Of a DNA stretch of 32,000 nt, positions 7,295-15,221 are shown piece after piece. This stretch comes from Planctomycetota bacterium. GTDB lineage: Bacteria > Planctomycetota > Brocadiia > Brocadiales > Bathyanammoxibiaceae. How positions within the stretch are numbered: the first letter of the stretch is position 1; every line of letters begins with the position of its first letter. A program made the position numbers and the translations under genes. Below the pieces are notes generated by a model, which saw only the letters and a program-made list of their open reading frames with translations, was not told the origin of the DNA and did no database searches. The stretch is taken from positions 79,584-111,583 of the forward strand of contig JACQVQ010000012.1 in NCBI GenBank assembly GCA_016209685.1. The letters are read 5' to 3'.

Positions 7295-8500
7295 ATGACA
7301 AAACGAGTACAAACTACAACGGCAGTAGGAGTACAGACACCGCAAGGAAATACACAGGTACTCCTCCTGTCCACCCTATCATTTGCCGTCTGTTTTGCCG
7401 TATGGTGCCTCTATTCACCCCTCGGTCCCCATCTGCGAGAGGAGTTACATCTTAGTGAGACACAGTTAGGTCTACTGGTGTCCATACCCGCCCTGCTGGG
7501 GTCGGCCTTTCGCATACCGATGGGGATCCTCACTGACATGTACGGGGGGAGAAAGGTATTTACCGCCTTGATGGTGTTCTGCTTCGTCCCCACGGTGCTG
7601 GGTATGTACGCCAGCAGTTACGCCTACCTCATCATTTGCGGCTTCTTCTTTGGCATGGCAGGGACGAGCTTCGCCGTGGGCATACCCCATGTCTCTAAGT
7701 GGTATCCCCCTGAAAGACAGGGCCTTGCCCTGGGTATATACGGGGTAGGCAATCTAGGGGCCGCCTTGAGCACCCTCTTTGCCGAAAGGATTATACATTA
7801 CTACCTGAACGACCAGTGGCGTAACATCTTCCCTATATACGCCCTTCCCCTGCTCCTGATGGCCTTCCTGTACTGGAACTATACCAGTGATTCCCCCACA
7901 GCCGCCAAGCCTAAGAGTTTTAATGAACTCCTCCAGGTATTCAAGAAGACCCCCCTGGCCTGGGTTTTTTGCCTCTTTTACTGGGTAACCTTTGGTGGGT
8001 TTGTCTGCTTCGCACTCTATCTGCCTACCTATTTCGTAAAGGTTTATGGTATCCCTCATATCAAGGCAGGTGACCTTGCCACTGCCTTTATCTTCACCAC
8101 CTCCCTAATCAGGCCACTTGGCGGGTATATGGCTGACAGATTTCAAGGGAGAAAGATATTGCAGGGGGTATTTACCATTGCGGCACTATGCCTGATTATA
8201 GAGGGGTTAGCCCCCTCCCTGACGCTTGCGACCTGTGCATTCATACTGTTTGGGGCGTGTCTTGGCATAGGGAACGGCGTAATATTCAAGCTCGTGCCCA
8301 CCTATTTTGCCAGGGAGACCGGGGCCGTAGGAGGTCTTGTGGGGGCGGCAGGAGGTCTCGGTGGATTCTTTACCCCTATAATCCTGGGCGTCTCTAAGGA
8401 CTTTACTGGTAGCTACTTTGGTGGTTTTGCGGTAGCGGCCTCCTTCTGCCTTATATGCCTCTTCCTGGCCAGAAAGGAGTTCCAGAGGGTAGAATCATAG
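7295..8500 (+). CDS. narK: MFS nitrate/nitrite porter (NNP/NarK family)
   Basis: 12-TM MFS protein. Nitrate-signature-like motifs GIYGVGNLGAA and GLVGAAGGLGGFFTP. GGAGGAGG SD. 22 nt after the TDT gene. Confidence 0.65.
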   Translation: MTKRVQTTTAVGVQTPQGNTQVLLLSTLSFAVCFAVWCLYSPLGPHLREELHLSETQLGLLVSIPALLGSAFRIPMGILTDMYGGRKVFTALMVFCFVPTVLGMYASSYAYLIICGFFFGMAGTSFAVGIPHVSKWYPPERQGLALGIYGVGNLGAALSTLFAERIIHYYLNDQWRNIFPIYALPLLLMAFLYWNYTSDSPTAAKPKSFNELLQVFKKTPLAWVFCLFYWVTFGGFVCFALYLPTYFVKVYGIPHIKAGDLATAFIFTTSLIRPLGGYMADRFQGRKILQGVFTIAALCLIIEGLAPSLTLATCAFILFGACLGIGNGVIFKLVPTYFARETGAVGGLVGAAGGLGGFFTPIILGVSKDFTGSYFGGFAVAASFCLICLFLARKEFQRVES

Positions 8501-8591
8501 GCAGTAGGCAGTAGACAGAATACAGTAGACAGTATAAAATCATTCTGTATCCTGACTACTGACTACTGTTTACTGACTACTGTCTACATTT
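8501..8591. repeat. Phased heptamer twin-arm array A (13 x 7 nt)
   Basis: GCAGTAG GCAGTAG ACAGAAT ACAGTAG ACAGTAT | AAAATCA | TTCTGTA TCCTGAC TACTGAC TACTGTT TACTGAC TACTGTC TACATTT. It fills exactly the 91 nt from the narK TAG to the next ATG. Confidence 0.9.
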
Positions 8592-8861
8592 ATGGAAGGG
8601 GAAAAACCCACCTCAAGTCGGCACTTCAAACTGGGCATAGCCCTTATTATAGGTAGTACATTATGTGGTTATGCGGCCCTGGCTGTCGTAGGAGAGTCGG
8701 CAGTAACCCATAATCCCAGGCTGAGGACCATAAGCCTCGTAATCTGGTTCCTCACCTGGATACCCTTCCTCCTGGGATTTGCCCTGAGCGGTAAAGAGGG
8801 CTACAGATACGCCAAAAGGCTCATCAGCGAGAGACTATTTGGGAAAAACAGTAGGCAGTAA
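8592..8861 (+). CDS. Small two-TM membrane protein, unknown function
   Basis: 89-aa ORF with two hydrophobic segments. The last codons (..NSRQ*) are made of CAGTAGG/CAGTAAG repeat words. No SD. Confidence 0.45.
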   Translation: MEGEKPTSSRHFKLGIALIIGSTLCGYAALAVVGESAVTHNPRLRTISLVIWFLTWIPFLLGFALSGKEGYRYAKRLISERLFGKNSRQ

Positions 8862-8862
8862 G

Positions 8863-8889
8863 GTAGGGGCGGGGTTACCCCGCCCCTAC
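8863..8889. repeat. REP-like palindrome, GTAGGGGC subtype
   Basis: gtaggggcgggg-tta-ccccgcccctac: perfect 12-bp stem, 3-nt loop. Confidence 0.75.
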
Positions 8890-8941
8890 TACCTTTCGCA
8901 CTTGTCCCGACCCCAAAATATTGTTAGAATCTTTCTTTGCC

Positions 8942-10036
8942 ATGAGACACCTTCTTTTCCTTATATCCCTTTCTCTTTTGCCCCTATCAGTGGTAGGGGC
9001 AGACCAGGGAGAGACAGAGAAGTATTACAACCAGGCCCTGGAGTGTTATCAGAAGGGGTCTCTGGAAGAAGGGCTGCAGGCCTGTCAGAGGGCACTTGAA
9101 ATAGAGCCTACCTCGCCAAGGCCACACAACTATATGGGACTGTTTTATAAAAGGATGGGAAAGCTGGATGAGGCCATTAACCAGTTCAAAAAGGCCCTGG
9201 AGCTAGACGCCAACCTCCCTGAGGTCCATGCCAACCTGGGTAACGCATACACGGAGAAAGGCCTTATAGAGGAGTCTATCAAAGAACACCAGGTAGCCGT
9301 AGGACTGAGTCCCGATACGGCAGAACTCCATAATAACCTGGGCTACGCCCTGGAAAAGAGCGGTGAGATAGAGGAGGCAGTGGGCGAGTACCTTCGAGCC
9401 AACAGGCTCAACCCAGACCTGGCCGAGCCCCACGGTAACCTGGGGAGACTGTACCTCAAGAAGAGGATATTTCACAGGGCCATGAGCGAACTGGAAAGGG
9501 CCGTTGAAATCAACCCCTCTCTGGTAGAGTCCCACTACCTCTTGATAGAGGTCTATGTAACAAAGAACGCCCTGGAGAAGGCCACAGGACAGTGTGGGAT
9601 ACTCCTGGAACTAAACCCCAGAGACGCCCGGGCACGTACCCAGTTAGGGATGATACTGGCCAAGAAGGGGCAGACTGAAGGGGCCATCAAAGAGGGGTTA
9701 AAGGCACTGGAAATAGACCCACAACTGGCCGAGGCCCACACCCTCCTGGGAGACCTCTACTCCGCTCAGGGAGATACCGGGGAGGCCCTCAAGAGTTACC
9801 AGTCAGCAATAAAGGCCGACCCGAACTGTGCCGGTGCCCATCTAGGCCTTGCACTCCTCTATAACAAGGCCGGTATGCTTGAAGAGGCCATGGCCTCCTT
9901 TAAAGAGGCCGTCCGTCTTGACCCCGCTAACCCTGAGGCGAGGAAGGGCCTGGGACTGGTCTACGAACTCCTTGGAAAGGGACGGGAGGCAGACGAGGAA
10001 TTTAGGGTCTACGAGGCCCTCATTAGGAAGTCTTAG
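8942..10036 (+). CDS. Secreted TPR-repeat protein
   Basis: Start at the internal ATG 8942 gives the signal peptide MRHLLFLISLSLLPLSVVGA. About 9 tandem 34-aa TPR units follow (e.g. AHNNLGYALEKSGEIEEAVGEYLRANRLNPD). Confidence 0.8.
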   Translation: MRHLLFLISLSLLPLSVVGADQGETEKYYNQALECYQKGSLEEGLQACQRALEIEPTSPRPHNYMGLFYKRMGKLDEAINQFKKALELDANLPEVHANLGNAYTEKGLIEESIKEHQVAVGLSPDTAELHNNLGYALEKSGEIEEAVGEYLRANRLNPDLAEPHGNLGRLYLKKRIFHRAMSELERAVEINPSLVESHYLLIEVYVTKNALEKATGQCGILLELNPRDARARTQLGMILAKKGQTEGAIKEGLKALEIDPQLAEAHTLLGDLYSAQGDTGEALKSYQSAIKADPNCAGAHLGLALLYNKAGMLEEAMASFKEAVRLDPANPEARKGLGLVYELLGKGREADEEFRVYEALIRKS

Positions 10037-10055
10037 CCGGGGAACATTATTGTTT

Positions 10056-10277
10056 CTACAACACCTCCAAGAATTCCTCTACACTTATCCCTGCCTTTGT
10101 AATTAGGCTTCGCAAAGTGCCACGGGCGACCGTCGGATGGTTTGGCACTGAGAGTGCCGCTATATGCCCTGGCTTCGTCAGGATAATATGACTGCCTCGT
10201 TGACGTGTGACTTCCCAGCCAAGTTTTTCAAAGGCCTTCACTACCTCATAAGGTCTCAATATTGGGACACGTGGCAC
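10056..10277 (-). CDS. hicA: HicA-family mRNA interferase toxin
   Basis: 73 aa. MPRVPILRPYEVVKAFEKLGWEVTRQRGSHIILTKPGH is a typical HicA/YcfA pattern. The GTG start overlaps the hicB stop (TAGTG). Confidence 0.8.
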   Translation of the reverse strand: MPRVPILRPYEVVKAFEKLGWEVTRQRGSHIILTKPGHIAALSVPNHPTVARGTLRSLITKAGISVEEFLEVL

Positions 10278-10483
10278 TATACATTGACCTCTACCTGGCG
10301 AATCTCCACAGTCAAAGGCATCCCCTTTTCAGCTCGCACTTCCAAGCACTCCTTGATTGCCTCCCTAATATTACCCTCGGCCTCTTGTTCGGTCTTGCCC
10401 TGGCTCACACAGCCAGGGATAGATGGACATTCGGCTATGAACATTCCATCCTCATCTTGGAATATGGTTACAAGGAATTTCAT
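10277..10483 (-). CDS. hicB: HicB-family antitoxin (UPF0150 fold)
   Basis: MKFLVTIFQDEDGMFIAECPSIPGCVSQGKTEQEA. ATG at 10483 is preceded by GGGAGGA. The longer ORF to 10513 lacks an SD. Confidence 0.75.
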   Translation of the reverse strand: MKFLVTIFQDEDGMFIAECPSIPGCVSQGKTEQEAEGNIREAIKECLEVRAEKGMPLTVEIRQVEVNV

Positions 10484-10578
10484 TCCCCTTTTCCTCCCTG
10501 CATAATATTGCACACTTGTTACTATCTTGCAACGCCCAAAATGACATCGTTTCTCCCCTTGTGGGTCACGCCGACTTG

Positions 10579-10595
10579 GTCCGCCTCAGGCGGAC
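10579..10595. repeat. Solo copy of the REP core palindrome GTCCGCC-TCA-GGCGGAC
   Basis: The same 17-mer occurs at 20090-20106. Its 15-nt centre tccgcctcaggcgga also occurs at 4247-4261, and in TGA-loop form at 28632-28646 and 31054-31068. Confidence 0.7.
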
Positions 10596-10627
10596 AGATC
10601 GGTAGACCCGGCCACCACGCTTTGATC

Positions 10628-10981
10628 CTATTTAGGCTCATCGCCCGTGGGGAAGAGCATCAGGTTCGTGTCCTTTACCAGATGGTACATCCTTTTGGCG
10701 TCTAGGAGGGCCTTTTCCTGGGGCACAAGCGGGGTAATCTCTATTTTGGTAAAGAACGGGAAGAGGGGGAGTTTTGTTACGATTGCCTCTATCTCCTCGC
10801 TGGAGTCTGCATCAAAGATGGCGGCGGCGCCGCGCCTACCGGCCAGTTTTCCACCGGCCAGCACCTTCCCTCTCTTCTTCATCCTCTCGTAATACTCCCA
10901 TTCCTTGATGAGCAGTTCAAAGAAACTCCTGGTGGGTATCTGAGGGAGTTTTTCTATCTCAACCTTTACCAGAAAGAGCAT
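10628..10981 (-). CDS. Muconolactone delta-isomerase-like (dimeric alpha+beta barrel) protein
   Basis: MLFLVKVEI...LAGRRGAAAIFDADSSEEIEAIVTKLPLFPFFTKIEITPL parallels CatC (MLFHVKM...LPLFPYMDIEV.PL). ATG at 10981 is preceded by GGAGG. The longer ORF reads through an array. Confidence 0.65.
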   Translation of the reverse strand: MLFLVKVEIEKLPQIPTRSFFELLIKEWEYYERMKKRGKVLAGGKLAGRRGAAAIFDADSSEEIEAIVTKLPLFPFFTKIEITPLVPQEKALLDAKRMYHLVKDTNLMLFPTGDEPK

Positions 10982-10990
10982 GGTTCCTCC

Positions 10991-11053
10991 GAATGAAGAA
11001 TGTGGAATTCGGAATGCGGAATCCCGCATTCGGCAATCTGCAATCCGCAATGA
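10991..11053. repeat. Phased heptamer twin-arm array C (9 x 7 nt)
   Basis: GAATGAA GAATGTG GAATTCG GAATGCG GAATCCC | GCATTCG GCAATCT GCAATCC GCAATGA. It abuts the fabG stop codon. Confidence 0.9.
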
Positions 11054-11797
11054 CTACATGGCCAGGCCGCCGTCTACGTTCAGGACGTGGCCTGTGGTAT
11101 AACTGGAGGCGTCTGAGACCAGAAACGCAACGGCCCTTGCCACCTCCTCTGCCTTACCAACGCGGCCCATGGGGATTAGCTTCAGGGCCTCTTCCATGTA
11201 CTCTTTCTTCAACCCCTGGGTCATCTCCGTGTCTATGAACCCTGGGGCTACGGCATTTACTGAGATATTGAACCTCGCCAACTCCTTGGCGAGGGACTTC
11301 GTGAACCCTATAAGCCCCGCCTTGGAGGAGGCATAATTGGTCTGCCCCATCATCCCTATGATTCCACTTACCGAGGTTATATTTACTATGGAACCACTTT
11401 TTTGCTTCATCATGGGGAACACCACGGCCCTGGTGCAATTGAAGGCCCCGTTCAGGTTGGTATCTATTACCTCCCTCCATTCCTGCTCGCTCATCCTCAT
11501 CATCAGATTATCTCTGGTGACCCCTGCGTTATTTACTAGGATATCTATCTTCCCAAAGTGTTTTATGGCCGTACTGACCATCTCTTTGGACTGATTGAAG
11601 TCTGCTACGTTACTCTGTAGAGGCAGGGCCTTTACGCCGAGGTTACTTAACTCTGTTTCCACCTCCTTGGCCTTCTCTACGTTCTTGGCGAAGCTGAAGG
11701 CCACGTCCACACCTCTCTGGGCCAGTTCCAACACGATAGCCCTTCCTATACCTCGCGTCCCCCCCGTTACGATTGCCACTTTACCTTTTAAGGACAT
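11054..11797 (-). CDS. fabG: 3-oxoacyl-ACP reductase (SDR)
   Basis: 247 aa. TGGTRGIGRAI cofactor motif, NNAG, and catalytic YASSK (YxxxK). FabG length and layout. Confidence 0.9.
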   Translation of the reverse strand: MSLKGKVAIVTGGTRGIGRAIVLELAQRGVDVAFSFAKNVEKAKEVETELSNLGVKALPLQSNVADFNQSKEMVSTAIKHFGKIDILVNNAGVTRDNLMMRMSEQEWREVIDTNLNGAFNCTRAVVFPMMKQKSGSIVNITSVSGIIGMMGQTNYASSKAGLIGFTKSLAKELARFNISVNAVAPGFIDTEMTQGLKKEYMEEALKLIPMGRVGKAEEVARAVAFLVSDASSYTTGHVLNVDGGLAM

Positions 11798-11817
11798 AAA
11801 TAGTCTCCATTCTTTTT

Positions 11818-11889
11818 AGACAATAGACCCTGGACTTTAGACTTTGGACTTCTTACCATTGTCTAAAGTCTAGTGTCAAATGTCCAAGT
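11818..11889. repeat. Phased heptamer twin-arm array B
   Basis: AGACAAT AGACCCT GGACTTT AGACTTT GGACTTC | TTACCAT | TGTCTAA AGTCTAG TGTCAAA TGTCCAA. Between the reductase stop and the fabG start. Confidence 0.9.
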
Positions 11890-13896
11890 TCATATCTCCA
11901 GTGAGACCTTAAAACCCTCGTGGACGGCCTCCATAGCCGTCCTGACCTTTACGCAATCCCCTATCGTATACACCTCCGGCACCAGGCTGTCCAGTTGCTG
12001 ATAAAGGGAATTATTGGGCATGTAACCCGTTGCCAGGATTACCGTCTCGGCCGGTAGGAAGGTCTCCTTACCTTCTTTCTCAAACAAGATTCCACTGGAA
12101 GGCCCTTCTCGTATCTCCTTCACCTTTACCCCTGTCAGAGTCTCTATGCCTGCCTCTTCCATCTCCTGGAGGATGACCCAGCGGGTGGAGAGGCCAAACC
12201 CGCTCCCCACCCTCTTCTTCATCTCCAGTACAGTAACCTTGCGATGACCACGGGTGGTCCTCAGGAGGGCATTAGGGAGGTCAATTACTTGGTTCTTCAG
12301 GAGGAAGAGGGCCACCTCCGGGCTCATACCCCCCAGTTTGGCCGCGTAAAGGGCCACTTCACACCCCACAGACCCTCCCCCTATAATTGCCACAGGATTC
12401 CCCACCGGGACCCTCTTCTCCAGGATATCCCTGGCCAGTACCACGTTCTTCCCCTTTACCCCTGGTATGGGAGGGATTACCGGTAAAGAACCGGTGGAGA
12501 GGATGACTACCTGGGGACGTTCCCTTTCTATAAGCCCTATGTCAACCTTTACCCCTAGATTTACCCTCACCCCTAATTTCGCCAGCTGTCTCTCAAAATA
12601 ATTTATGACGTGCTGAAACTCTCCCCGACCTGGGGGTTTATAGGCATAATGGAGTTGTCCTCCCAGATAGGAGTCGTTCTCGTAAAGGGTCACCTGGTGT
12701 CCCCTCAAGGCGGCCACCCTGGCGGCCTCCATACCACCCGGACCACCCCCGACAATCATTACCTTCTTCTTAACTGGTGACTCCTTGATGACGTATTCCC
12801 TTTCGTGACCTACCTGCGGGTTATAGAGGCAGGAGACAGGTCTCATGTTCAGGAGTTCATCAAAGCATCCCTGGTTGCATGCAATGCACGTCCTGATGTC
12901 CTCCCATCTGCCTTCTTGGTATTTTTTGGGTAGTTCCGGGTCTGCGATGAGGGGGCGGCCCACTGCTATGAGGTCTGCCTGACCATCCATGAGGAGTTCT
13001 TCAGCCACTGCCAGGTCGTTTATCCTCACCCCTGCTATGACAGGGAGGTTGACGTTTTCCTTAATAGACGAGGCCAGGAAGGTATAGGCCATCCGTGGGA
13101 TGGCCATGACCATTATAGGGGTCTTGCTCTCGTGCCACCCTGGGGAGACGTGAAAGGCATCTACCCCGACCCGGGCGAGTTCCACGGCAATCTCTATGTT
13201 CTCATTTATTCTGTTCCCCCCCTTCATGAGTTCATCCCCGGAGAGCCTGAAGATAATGGGAAAGTCCTTGCCCGCCAGTTCCTTCGTCGCCTGCACCACC
13301 TCTTTGGCGAATCTGAGCCGACCCTGGAGGTCTCCTCCATACTCGTCTTCTCTCTGGTTGGTTATGAGGGATAGGAATTGGTTTATCAGGTAACCCATCC
13401 CGCCGTGTATCTCTACGGCGTCAAAGCCTGCCTCCCTGGCCCTGAGGGCGGCCCTGGCGTAGCTGGTTATTATCTCCTTTATCTCAGGGATGGTGAGTGG
13501 TCTGGGGACGTCCCTGGCAAGGCGGGTGGGGACGCTGGAGGCAGAGACGGGTTGCCTCTTAGTGAAGAGGCTGGAGGCATAGCGGCCCCCATGAAGGAGT
13601 TGGGGGGCGGTCTTTGCCCCGAGCAGGTGCATTGCCTCGGTAAACCTTCTAAGGCCTGGGATATAGCGGTCATCGTCCAGGCCGAGGATACTCTTCCATG
13701 CCTTACCGCTCTCATGGGGGTAACAACCCCCTATTATTATGAGCGCCACGCCGCCCTTCGCCCTCTCGGCGTAAAAATCTATGAAGCGGTCGTTGACGAA
13801 GCCATCGGTAGAGAAGCCCACGTCCATGGCCGTCATGACCAGACGGTTCTTGAGTTCCAGGGGGCCAATGTTTGTACGGTCAAAAAGGCTTATCAT
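11890..13896 (-). CDS. FadH-like 2,4-dienoyl-CoA / enoate reductase (OYE FMN domain, 4Fe-4S, FAD/NAD(P) domain)
   Basis: N-terminal LFDRTNIGPLELKNRLVMTAM (OYE). CIACNQGC...C cluster motif. VMIVGGGPGGMEAA Rossmann motif. I prefer the ATG at 13896; the alternative GTG at 13917 lies inside a REP palindrome. Confidence 0.85.
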   Translation of the reverse strand: MISLFDRTNIGPLELKNRLVMTAMDVGFSTDGFVNDRFIDFYAERAKGGVALIIIGGCYPHESGKAWKSILGLDDDRYIPGLRRFTEAMHLLGAKTAPQLLHGGRYASSLFTKRQPVSASSVPTRLARDVPRPLTIPEIKEIITSYARAALRAREAGFDAVEIHGGMGYLINQFLSLITNQREDEYGGDLQGRLRFAKEVVQATKELAGKDFPIIFRLSGDELMKGGNRINENIEIAVELARVGVDAFHVSPGWHESKTPIMVMAIPRMAYTFLASSIKENVNLPVIAGVRINDLAVAEELLMDGQADLIAVGRPLIADPELPKKYQEGRWEDIRTCIACNQGCFDELLNMRPVSCLYNPQVGHEREYVIKESPVKKKVMIVGGGPGGMEAARVAALRGHQVTLYENDSYLGGQLHYAYKPPGRGEFQHVINYFERQLAKLGVRVNLGVKVDIGLIERERPQVVILSTGSLPVIPPIPGVKGKNVVLARDILEKRVPVGNPVAIIGGGSVGCEVALYAAKLGGMSPEVALFLLKNQVIDLPNALLRTTRGHRKVTVLEMKKRVGSGFGLSTRWVILQEMEEAGIETLTGVKVKEIREGPSSGILFEKEGKETFLPAETVILATGYMPNNSLYQQLDSLVPEVYTIGDCVKVRTAMEAVHEGFKVSLEI

Positions 13897-13907
13897 CTTT
13901 TTAAGCA

Positions 13908-13935
13908 GTAGGGGCACGGCATGCCGTGCCCCTAC
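13908..13935. repeat. REP-like perfect palindrome, GTAGGGGC subtype, inside the operon
   Basis: gtaggggcacggcatgccgtgcccctac, a 28-nt perfect palindrome between the KS-partner stop and the reductase start. Confidence 0.8.
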
Positions 13936-13947
13936 ATTCCTGGGTGT

Positions 13948-15219
13948 TTACTGTTGGTTCCTCTTCAGGACTAAACAAGAGCCATTTCCTGCAGGGTCTA
14001 GAGAGTTTACCATAGCAGAGCGTATGTCTATTTGTAGTGCCTTCTTTGTAACCAGGTTGAGGTTACATTCGGGGTCGGGGTCTTCCAGGTTGGCGATAGG
14101 TGGGACGAGGGAATTTTCCATGGCCAATACACATGAGACCACCTGCAAAGCACCGGCGGCACCGTAGCACTCTCCGGCAAGGGGTTTTACGGAGGTCACT
14201 AACGCCTTCTTTGAGGAGTCCCCGGAGAGGCCCTTGATTGCCCTGGCCTCTATCATATCCAGGAGATTACTGGAGTTCCCATTGGCATAGATGAGATCCA
14301 GGGACTCGCCAGAGAGGGACCCGTCCTCCAGGGCTAGTTCCATAACCCTTTGTGCCCTGCTGATTTTTTCTTCCAGGCTGAACCTGTTACTCCCTATATA
14401 GGTGGTGCCGTAGCCTACCACTTCTCCGTATATCTTTACCCCTCTACTGCGGGCTGACTCCAGTTCCTCCAGGATGACTACGTAGCCCCCCTCGCCGAGG
14501 ACGAAGCCATTTCTGTGCCTGCCAAAGGGCCTGCTCAGTTCAGGCCCAGAGTTATTGGAACCCGACAGGAGTCCCTGCAGGAGGAATATGAGGTAGCTGT
14601 CCAGCGATAACTGCTCCACCCCACCTGCGATTAGGAGGTTGTCCCTGCCGCTCCTGATGAGGTTAAAGGCGTTGCCTATGGCATCCATGCTGGAAGTGAA
14701 ACCAGAGGAGATGGTCCTGGAAGGGCCCTTTAGTTTGAAGAATACGGAGGCAAAATTGATGGAGGAGTTGAGGGCCACGTCAAAGCTGGCCATGGGTAAT
14801 AGCTTTTCAGGGCCCAGCTTAAAGATGTTATAGGTATAGTCAGTAGTCTGGGAGTAGTTGCCCAGTGCAGAGCCTATTATAACCCCTGCATGTTCAGGAA
14901 AATGTCCGTTGGTATTGAGGCGGGCATCCTCCAGTGCCATCTTAATGGCTGAGGTAAGGAACTTAGTGCCTTTCGTGAGGTACTTGAGGCCCTTGTCCCC
15001 CAGGTAGTCTGCAGGATTAAAACCCTTGACCTCGGCGGCCAGCTTGCAGGGGTAGGAGGTAACGTCTATGGAGGCTATAGGGGCAACCCCCGAGCGGCCT
15101 TCTACCAGATTCGTCCAGAACTCTTGACGGCCAATGCCCAGGGGTGAGACGATACCGATACCGGTTATTGCTACCCTCTTCCTTACGTCTGCCTGCCCTG
15201 CTCCATTAGGTTGAGTCAT
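13948..15219 (-). CDS. Ketosynthase-like partner subunit lacking the Cys-His-His triad (CLF/KS-beta-like)
   Basis: Thiolase-fold KS homologue. TISSGFTSS (Phe where KS has Cys), ANGNSS (Asn for His), AGECYGAAG (Glu for His). 2-nt gap to the upstream KS. Confidence 0.85.
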   Translation of the reverse strand: MTQPNGAGQADVRKRVAITGIGIVSPLGIGRQEFWTNLVEGRSGVAPIASIDVTSYPCKLAAEVKGFNPADYLGDKGLKYLTKGTKFLTSAIKMALEDARLNTNGHFPEHAGVIIGSALGNYSQTTDYTYNIFKLGPEKLLPMASFDVALNSSINFASVFFKLKGPSRTISSGFTSSMDAIGNAFNLIRSGRDNLLIAGGVEQLSLDSYLIFLLQGLLSGSNNSGPELSRPFGRHRNGFVLGEGGYVVILEELESARSRGVKIYGEVVGYGTTYIGSNRFSLEEKISRAQRVMELALEDGSLSGESLDLIYANGNSSNLLDMIEARAIKGLSGDSSKKALVTSVKPLAGECYGAAGALQVVSCVLAMENSLVPPIANLEDPDPECNLNLVTKKALQIDIRSAMVNSLDPAGNGSCLVLKRNQQ

Positions 15220-15221
15220 TG

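Noticed and set aside
8839-9099. 86-aa plus-strand ORF overlapping the REP element and the TPR gene start
   Set aside because: It reads through the 8863-8889 palindrome in a frame different from the well-supported TPR protein. No motifs.
10502-10532. hicBA promoter TTGCAA (10532-10527) with AATATT/TATTAT -10
   Set aside because: The spacing is 17 nt only for the poor -10 (AATATT) and 19 nt for the better one (TATTAT). Too ambiguous to list as a feature.
11154-13911. Alternative-frame and antisense ORFs inside fabG and the FadH-like gene (11154-11480, 11337-11594, 11595-11819, 12244-12486, 13132-13393, 13378-13911, 13479-13715)
   Set aside because: They lie entirely within confidently assigned genes, with skewed low-complexity composition and no start signals.
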